Source: an uncultured bacterium
GTDB taxonomy: Bacteria > Desulfobacterota_D > UBA1144 > Nemesobacterales > UBA2774
Assembly: GCA_963705505.1 (NCBI GenBank)
Contig: CAVPJU010000009.1
Location: forward strand, 1 to 46,658
Direction of reading: 5' to 3'
DNA length: 46,658 bases
In this document: piece by piece, positions 39,963-46,658 of the stretch
Numbering within the stretch: position 1 is the stretch's first letter
Layout: every line of letters starts with the position of its first letter
The notes under the pieces: model-generated
What the model saw: the letters and a program-made list of their open reading frames with translations, nothing else
Told to the model about the DNA's origin: nothing
The model's database searches: none
Translations under genes and position numbers: made by a program

Positions 39963-40478
39963 ATGAGTATATACGGGAAGTATTTAGTCGGAGTTTTAAT
40001 TGCTTTTGTCTTTTCGGGTGTTTTATTATTTCATGCGGATAGTTCCCGCGCGCAGCAGCAGTGTACTCTGAATATAACCAAAGTTACGGAACCGGCGTCG
40101 GGGACTGTATTCTCGTTTGATTATATAGATACGAACGACACTCAGTTCGTTTTCGATCTATCAAACGGCGATACGCAAAAAATACTGATTCCGCCGCCGA
40201 CTACCATTGCCGATATAACGGAGGAGCCGGTGGAAGGGTATGTGATCACGGATATAACGTGCGATACCGAAGAAGGTATAACCGTTACGCAGATCGAGGG
40301 CGGCATCGAAGTGAGCTGCGAAAGCGCAAACGGCGTTACCGCGAATTGTACGATTACCAACACACTCAGAACGAACGTACCGACGCTCAGCGAATGGGGG
40401 ATGATTTCAGCCGCCGCCGGATTAGGCTTGATCGGAGTGTTCTTCGCGGTGAGGCGGAAGAGGGCTAGCGCGGTGTAG
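39963..40478 (+). CDS. IPTL-CTERM protein, family A
   Basis: CTLNITK, TEEPVEGY, CTITN, VPTLSEWG. Confidence 0.9.
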   Translation: MSIYGKYLVGVLIAFVFSGVLLFHADSSRAQQQCTLNITKVTEPASGTVFSFDYIDTNDTQFVFDLSNGDTQKILIPPPTTIADITEEPVEGYVITDITCDTEEGITVTQIEGGIEVSCESANGVTANCTITNTLRTNVPTLSEWGMISAAAGLGLIGVFFAVRRKRASAV

Positions 40479-40609
40479 AATGGATATGCGGAATATATAG
40501 GTTGTAACACAAACTTCTGAAATAAAAGAAGTACTGCTAGTTTATAAATGAAAGGTGACACCCCCACCCTATCCCTCCCCCCTCCAGGGGGAGGGAATAC
40601 AAATAAAAG

Positions 40610-40693
40610 TGGGGGATGATAACGGCGGGGGCGGGATTGGTATTGGTTGGCGTGTTCTTCGCGCTCCGCAGGAGAAGGGCGTTTAATTCTTAA
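40610..40693 (+). other. Orphan IPTL-CTERM tail 3
   Basis: WGMITAGAGLVLVGVFFALRRRRAFNS*, directly after a REP hairpin; in-frame stop just upstream. Confidence 0.8.
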
Positions 40694-41061
40694 AAGAAGG
40701 AAATACAAATCCTCCCTAACCCTCCTTTTTCTAAGGAGGGAATTGAAAGGATAAAGATGAGATTCCCGATTACTCGGGAATGACAAAAGTTATGAAGCCT
40801 CTTCCCTCCGAGCGGGGGAAGGGGCTTTTTTTTTGAGGGGGTGACGGCCTCTTACGGCGGAGCGGCCCGGGACAAAAACCCGGAATATTAATGAGCTGTG
40901 AAGGGCGGAAAATAAAGATTGCATATACTTCTATTTTATAGTAAAATCGAACAATAATTCTTAAAGGATGGTAATAATGGAGGGAGCTTACAAGCCGTAT
41001 AGAAGCAGTTCCCCGATTATTCCGAATATAAAACAATATTAAATCTCAGGGGAGGACAAAT

Positions 41062-41577
41062 ATGAAGTACATAATTAAAACCTGTACATTATTATTTATC
41101 ATCACGGCGGGAGTTATGCTCATCCCGTCGCTCACCAAAAGCGCGAACGCGCAGTTCCCGTGTGCGCTGACTATTTGTAAGTCCGCTCCGGGGGCGGGGG
41201 ACCAGGGCTTTAATATCGACTTCACCGATTCCGGGGTGACGGAGACTGTAGAGCTCTTCGACGGAGGGGACTGTATTACAACTCAATTAAATTTTGACGC
41301 CGACGTCGATATAACCGAGCAGCCGACGCCGGGATGGAGACTCGTCGATGTCTTGTGCGATTTCAGCCCGGGATTTGAGTTCACCAGTATTCAGGACGGT
41401 ATAACAGCGCTCTGCACGAGTGAGAGTCTGTCCGAGACTACATGCACGTTCGTGAACTCGGCATCGGCGAACGTCCCGACTCTCAGTGAGTGGGGGATGA
41501 TCGCGGCGGCGGCGGGATTAGGCTTGGTCGGCGTGTTCTTCGCGGTGAGGCGGAAACGGTTACAAGCAAGCGCGTAA
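41062..41577 (+). CDS. IPTL-CTERM protein, family A
   Basis: CALTICK, TEQPTPGW, CTFVN, VPTLSEWG. Confidence 0.9.
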   Translation: MKYIIKTCTLLFIITAGVMLIPSLTKSANAQFPCALTICKSAPGAGDQGFNIDFTDSGVTETVELFDGGDCITTQLNFDADVDITEQPTPGWRLVDVLCDFSPGFEFTSIQDGITALCTSESLSETTCTFVNSASANVPTLSEWGMIAAAAGLGLVGVFFAVRRKRLQASA

Positions 41578-41794
41578 TGTAGGTAATAAATATAGTGAAT
41601 GGATTCCCGGCTCGTCAGGGCGTCGCCGTGGCAAGCCCGATCGTAGTCGGGAATGACAGGAATATTAATGTACACCCCCACCCGAACCCTCCCCCTTTAC
41701 ATATGGGGAGGGAATTAAAATTGAGGACGAACGGGCTAAAGAAAGTACGAGAAAGATTTCTCGCGCCGCTCGAAATGACATGTTGGGATTGTGT

Positions 41795-42265
41795 CTATTC
41801 GATGAAGCGTTTGCAGTCGGGGACCTTGAAGGTTTTTCCTACGACGTCCGACTCCGAGCGGAGCATCTCCGTGAAAATGCCGTGGTAGTCGTTATCCACC
41901 TTCGCGTCCGTGACCTTGAGCACGCAGGTCGCGGAGTTGAGCGTCCCGCGCGAGCTTATGTAAACGGTGTGGTCGAACACCACGTACTCGAACGGGTTAT
42001 TCATAACCTCCCTGTTCCTGAGCGCGGCTATGCCGAAGACGGAGTAGCGGTCTTTCCCGGCGGGGTCGACGGTCAGGGTCTTAAGCGTCCCCTCTCTCTC
42101 GTTCCCGATGCAGTTGAGAGCGCAGAACGCCCTTATCTCCTCGTCGAGTATCGTTTCCCTTATGACCTGGTTCTTGATGTCCTTCGCACGGAGCGCGCCC
42201 GGGTGTGAGATGAAGACCGCGCACAGGACGAGCGCGGCTGTGAAATATCTGCCGGTGTTGCGCAT
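41795..42265 (-). CDS. Secreted hypothetical protein
   Basis: Signal peptide, 4 Cys in mature part; TACACT-7 nt-ATG. Confidence 0.75.
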   Translation of the reverse strand: MRNTGRYFTAALVLCAVFISHPGALRAKDIKNQVIRETILDEEIRAFCALNCIGNEREGTLKTLTVDPAGKDRYSVFGIAALRNREVMNNPFEYVVFDHTVYISSRGTLNSATCVLKVTDAKVDNDYHGIFTEMLRSESDVVGKTFKVPDCKRFIE

Positions 42266-43268
42266 CGTTATAAGTGTAACCTGTACGCGCGCGGTTGAAA
42301 GGGGGAATTTTGGGAGGGGAGAGTGGATTTCCGATTTCTCGGGAATGATGCACATCATGTGTCATCGCGAGGGAGAGAATCGACCGTGGCGATCTCGCTT
42401 ATGTACTTAGATTGCCGCGCTTCGTTTCACTACGCTCGCAAGGACACAGAAAAGACAAAGAAAGGCAAATATATTTCTCTTCTTTGTCTTGATACAAAGA
42501 AGCAAAAATCACACACATAGTGTGGTCTTTCGAAAAGAGAGCACGGAATTGTGCTAAAAATATATTACTAATGCGAAAATCTTTTAATTCTGCCCTAATT
42601 AGTATCAAGGTTTAGTGAAACAAGACTCATGACATAATTGCATTTAGCGAGTGGCGTCCGATTTGTTTTGGCTTAAGTAGATTATCCGAAGAACATCAGC
42701 AAAGTGCATTCAGCTAAAGTCGTCCGATTGTGCGCTCGCTTACAATCGTTACTTGCTCGGAATCGTCCCGTAAAAGATTTTTGACGCATTACTAATATAT
42801 TTTCTTAACGCAAATTCTGTGAATGTCGGAAGGGAAAGACTTTCTTGATCGAGCAATAAAGTAAACCCCCCACCCAAACCCTCCCCCCTTATAATGGGGG
42901 AGGGAATTTTATGCGCGGGCGCTTGCCCGCCGCAAATTCTGTGAATGTCGGAAAGGAAAAAGGCATTCGGGAACGACAGGAATGATAATGTACCCCCTCA
43001 CCCTAATTTGGATTTAGAGAACAATGAGACTGGGGTTAATTAGCAGTGGTGACCTTACTGTAATGGCGTCCTATTTCTCCTGTTCATCGAAATAGTCCTC
43101 TCCCTCGCTGGGGAGAGGGGAAATATAGTATAAGGATGAGATTGCCGCGGCGGAAAGTTCGGGGGAAGTTTTTTCGCCTATTGTAATTTTAATCTAACGG
43201 CATTAATTTTAGGGTCAAGATTCTATTATTTAGAATCAAGATTACATTATAAGATTTAAAAATATTTT

Positions 43269-46200
43269 GTGCCTATCTCTGATTCGAGGGATTGTGAAAT
43301 CTTGAGATATACCATTAAAATTGTTCTATCTATACTCGTCGCGATTCTCTCGATCGGCGGCTGCGACGAAAGCAGCACGACGAACGAAGGCCCTCTGCCT
43401 AAAGACCCCAGCCGGTGGGTGTGTAAGAGCTCGCTTGTACCCCCTACTCAGGAGCAAATTGATGAATTTTGCAGTATGCATTCCGGCGCGGGGCGGGAAG
43501 CTCCGATAAACCTCCAGGACCCTCCTCCGTTGTCTGACCTCGACGCGAAGAATGAATACGACCTGGCATTCCAGGATTTTCTCATAGCCAGGGACTATGT
43601 GAACGAGCTTGAGTGGTCAGGCGATATGAACTGGAGATTGACGGGTCCTTATGTCGGAGAAATAGGAAAGGGTCAGAACTACGGCGTGCATCCCGCTGTC
43701 AGAATCTACTACTCTCCCGAGGTGCTGGAGTGGCTCTGTAACGGCAGAGAGGGCAGCATCCCCGACGGAGCTATGATTATAAAGGAGATGCACTCGATTA
43801 ACGATAAGCTCGGAATCACCCTCAATAGCGAGGGCTGTATGGTAATTAACAACGATGTCGAGCCACAGTCCTGGACTGTAATGGTCAAGCAAAGCGGCGC
43901 ATCATACGACGGCTGGTACTGGGCTTCCTATGCCGTCGTCCCCGATCCTCCCGATTCCGCATGGGAAATAGGAAACCCTCCGGTATTCGACGCCTCGGGC
44001 GTTACGGGAATGGGTTTCTTCGAGGATGGTTTAATACCGACAAAACCGAACCCGCTCTGGTATCCGACGGGCTATGTTTACTCGAGCACTAATAAAATTC
44101 CGGACGTGGTATATCCCTACAGCGAATACGGGAATAACTGCATAAACTGCCACGCTTCGGCAGCGACCGAATCGACATTTTCATCGCTCGACAATTTATT
44201 GACTCCGGGTATCGAGTATAAACAGTTTCCTTCTAAAGGGACTACCAGGTCTTTCCCCGCTGAGTTTCTCGCCGGCCCGCAGCCGGGGTTGATATCCCTG
44301 ATTGCGCGAGACTCCGAATCTATAGGCGCTACGGACGTTGCCAGCGGAGCACGGGACGAGGTCAACGGCTACGTATCGCCCTTTACGACCGCGCTCGAGG
44401 AGCCGGAAGCGGAGTTCCTGAATTTCTATAATCAGCTCGACGAGGTTTCCTTTACCGACGCGTGGTTTCTGCGTCTCCCCGCCGAGACCTACGATCACAT
44501 AGTGTCGGCTTCGACAAGCCCGGGGCAGTTTATCACGTCGGACCAGTGTATCGGATGCCATGACGCCACTTACCTGAACGCTGCACAACCCAATATGATA
44601 CTCGAGCAGGATGTGAGCGGCGGGACGCAGCTTGTTAATCTTTCCCAGTACAGCGAATGGAGGGCGTCGCCCATGGGGCTTGCGGGCCGCGACCCTATCT
44701 TTTTCTCGCAGCTCCAGAGTGAAACGAACAACCTGCCTCAATACACGACGTGCGTGGAGAGCACGTGCCTTCATTGCCACGGCGTCATGGGACAGCGCCA
44801 GTTAGCCATAGATACTCCCGGCCAGGACACGGAGGACTGCAACAGCTTGTTCGCCGTAGCCCCGCCGGCCGGAGTGCCGTCCGGAAAGCCGTTCAGTCTC
44901 GATATGGTGACGCAGTGGCCCGATTCCGAGCAGAACGAGTTTCAGGAATACGGGGCGCTTGCCAGGGACGGTATCTCCTGTACGGTCTGCCATCATATGT
45001 CTGACGTCGATCTGGGTAATGAAGAAACTTTCACCGGGAATTTTGTTACGGGTCCTCCCGACGAAGTCTACGGACCATATATGGACGACACGATAGTTCC
45101 GAAACCGATGCAGCACGCTCTGGGTATAACGCCCGTGTTCAAGGATTATTTTGTAAGCGGCGACGCGTCCAGCTCGGATACTTGCGGAAGCTGTCACAAC
45201 ATACTGCTCCCGGTTGTCACAAATCAGGGCGAGATAATCGGCGCGAGTTACGAGCAGACCACTAATCTCGAATGGGTAAACAGCGACTTCGCTCCCGGCA
45301 AGCCGGGGTTCCTCTCATGCGCGGACTGCCATATGCCTACGACGTTCGACGGACAGCATCTGTCGTTTAAAATAGCCAATATCGAATCAAACGGGCTCCC
45401 GCCGACTACCGGGCGTCTGCCCGATCAGGATATAACGCTTACCGAGCGTGACGTATTCCCCAGACACTCGCTCCACGGTCTTAACCTTTTTATAAACCAG
45501 ATGTTCCAGCAGTTCCCGATCATCCTGGGCGCGCGTCAGATCGACTACATGACCGGAACGTCGACCGTTCCAGCTCTGATTACCGGAGCGAATTCCATGA
45601 TCGATATGGCGCAGAATCAAACGGCCGCTGTCGACGTTCAAACGCTCGAAGTCACCCCCGAGGGACAACTGAGAGCGGTGGTGAAGGTAACCAATAAAGC
45701 CGGTCATTTCCTGCCCTCGGGCGTAAGCTTCAGACGGGTGTTTATCGAGTTCCTGGTACGCGACGCGGAAGGGAACGTGCTCTGGGCCTCGGGACGGACG
45801 AACGAGCTGGGCGCCATAGTTAAAGGTACTACGGAAGAAGTCCTTCCGAGCGAAGAGCCGGTCGAGAACCCGGACGCCCCGTTCCAGCCTCACTACCAGA
45901 CTATCACCCGGGACGACGAGGTGCAGATATACCAGGAGCTTATCGAAGATTCGGAAGGCCATCTCACCACGAGCTTCCTGAGGCGCTTCGATACGGTCAA
46001 GGATAACCGCATCAGACCCAGGGGTTATAATCCGGCTTTCTTTCTGACATTCGACTCTCCTTACATTCAGGCCCTCGCCGAGACACACGGAGAGGCCGCG
46101 CAGGACCCTTATTACACCGACCCCGCACTTACGGGAGCGGACGTGATCGAATATTTGATACCGCTCGATGAGGCGACGCTCGGCAAGGTCCACGATATAA

Positions 46201-46412
46201 AGGTCACTCTTTATAACCAGTCCATACCGCCGTTTTATCTCCAGGAGCGTTTCAGTGATGCTAACCGCGGCGCGGGAGAGAAAGATGAGATAGAGCGTCT
46301 TCAATACCTGACGAGCCACCTGAATGTCGGCCAGGTAGCGGACAGCGATGGGAATAAGGTCTTGAAGGACTGGAAGCTGTTTATAACCAGCGCTACCGCC
46401 GCGCTTAAGTAG
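43269..46412 (+). CDS. Multiheme (6 CxxCH) cytochrome c lipoprotein with cytochrome P460-like N-terminal domain
   Basis: LSIGG-C lipobox; GAMIIKE..VMVK..GWYW..CINCH; CIGCH, CLHCH, CTVCH, CGSCH, CADCH; start may be TTG 43302. Confidence 0.88.
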   Translation: MPISDSRDCEILRYTIKIVLSILVAILSIGGCDESSTTNEGPLPKDPSRWVCKSSLVPPTQEQIDEFCSMHSGAGREAPINLQDPPPLSDLDAKNEYDLAFQDFLIARDYVNELEWSGDMNWRLTGPYVGEIGKGQNYGVHPAVRIYYSPEVLEWLCNGREGSIPDGAMIIKEMHSINDKLGITLNSEGCMVINNDVEPQSWTVMVKQSGASYDGWYWASYAVVPDPPDSAWEIGNPPVFDASGVTGMGFFEDGLIPTKPNPLWYPTGYVYSSTNKIPDVVYPYSEYGNNCINCHASAATESTFSSLDNLLTPGIEYKQFPSKGTTRSFPAEFLAGPQPGLISLIARDSESIGATDVASGARDEVNGYVSPFTTALEEPEAEFLNFYNQLDEVSFTDAWFLRLPAETYDHIVSASTSPGQFITSDQCIGCHDATYLNAAQPNMILEQDVSGGTQLVNLSQYSEWRASPMGLAGRDPIFFSQLQSETNNLPQYTTCVESTCLHCHGVMGQRQLAIDTPGQDTEDCNSLFAVAPPAGVPSGKPFSLDMVTQWPDSEQNEFQEYGALARDGISCTVCHHMSDVDLGNEETFTGNFVTGPPDEVYGPYMDDTIVPKPMQHALGITPVFKDYFVSGDASSSDTCGSCHNILLPVVTNQGEIIGASYEQTTNLEWVNSDFAPGKPGFLSCADCHMPTTFDGQHLSFKIANIESNGLPPTTGRLPDQDITLTERDVFPRHSLHGLNLFINQMFQQFPIILGARQIDYMTGTSTVPALITGANSMIDMAQNQTAAVDVQTLEVTPEGQLRAVVKVTNKAGHFLPSGVSFRRVFIEFLVRDAEGNVLWASGRTNELGAIVKGTTEEVLPSEEPVENPDAPFQPHYQTITRDDEVQIYQELIEDSEGHLTTSFLRRFDTVKDNRIRPRGYNPAFFLTFDSPYIQALAETHGEAAQDPYYTDPALTGADVIEYLIPLDEATLGKVHDIKVTLYNQSIPPFYLQERFSDANRGAGEKDEIERLQYLTSHLNVGQVADSDGNKVLKDWKLFITSATAALK

Positions 46413-46658
46413 AGTTTTTCTACTTTTCCTGATACAAAGAAGCACACACACATAGTGTGGTTTATGGAAAGACGAATAAAAAGAAAGGCAAATATATTTC
46501 TCTTCTTTTCCTTGATGAAAAGAAGCAAAAATCATCCGACAGCACAGAATTCGCTAAAAATATCTTATTAAGGCTAAAATATTTCAATTCCACCCCAGCC
46601 CTGAAATATTTTCACGCCTTAATAATCTATTTTCTTCACGCAAATTCTGTGAATGTCG

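Noticed and set aside
24423..41577. Diversity-generating retroelement or shufflon
   Set aside because: No reverse transcriptase or site-specific recombinase in the window; tail differences are not adenine-specific, and units are in direct rather than inverted orientation
24235..41780. CRISPR array or integron attC cassette array
   Set aside because: Repeats are irregularly spaced REP hairpins and CTERM-coding DNA; I saw no constant repeat-spacer period, cas genes, intI or attC R/L boxes
45387..46535. Long antisense ORFs (also 44196-44780, 22882-23772, 20506-21303, 10622-11293)
   Set aside because: Shadow frames of GC3-rich sense genes with no recognisable motifs

Overview
Bacterial chromosomal window. 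Codon style and the large IPTL-CTERM expansion suggest Ca. Dadabacteria/Desulfobacterota (inference only). It has four parts. (1) 1-14.5 kb: accessory genes, including a low-GC TIR/NDT-like pair, an alpha/beta hydrolase, a beta-helix IPTL-CTERM protein, a multi-PAS/GAF hybrid histidine kinase, a methyltransferase, a GFA protein and two cupins. (2) 14.7-24.2 kb: a DUF5131/TcmP pair behind a CI-like repressor, facing a phage-like early operon (Ner/Cro-like, HTH replication protein, Mor-like HTH) with no integrase or virion genes. (3) 24.4-41.6 kb: an array of IPTL-CTERM genes. The whole window holds 12 full-length or frameshifted IPTL-CTERM genes, one 37-aa sorting-signal-only gene with its own RBS, and three orphan CTERM tails that each start right behind a REP hairpin. 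Three paralogous ~60-aa excisionase-like wHTH genes are interspersed in the array. (4) A 6-heme cytochrome lipoprotein with a P460-like N-terminus. Intergenic DNA is dominated by two REP-like palindrome families; each also flanks, as inverted repeats, one small nuclease gene (DUF559, GIY-YIG). I saw no rRNA, tRNA or CRISPR array.
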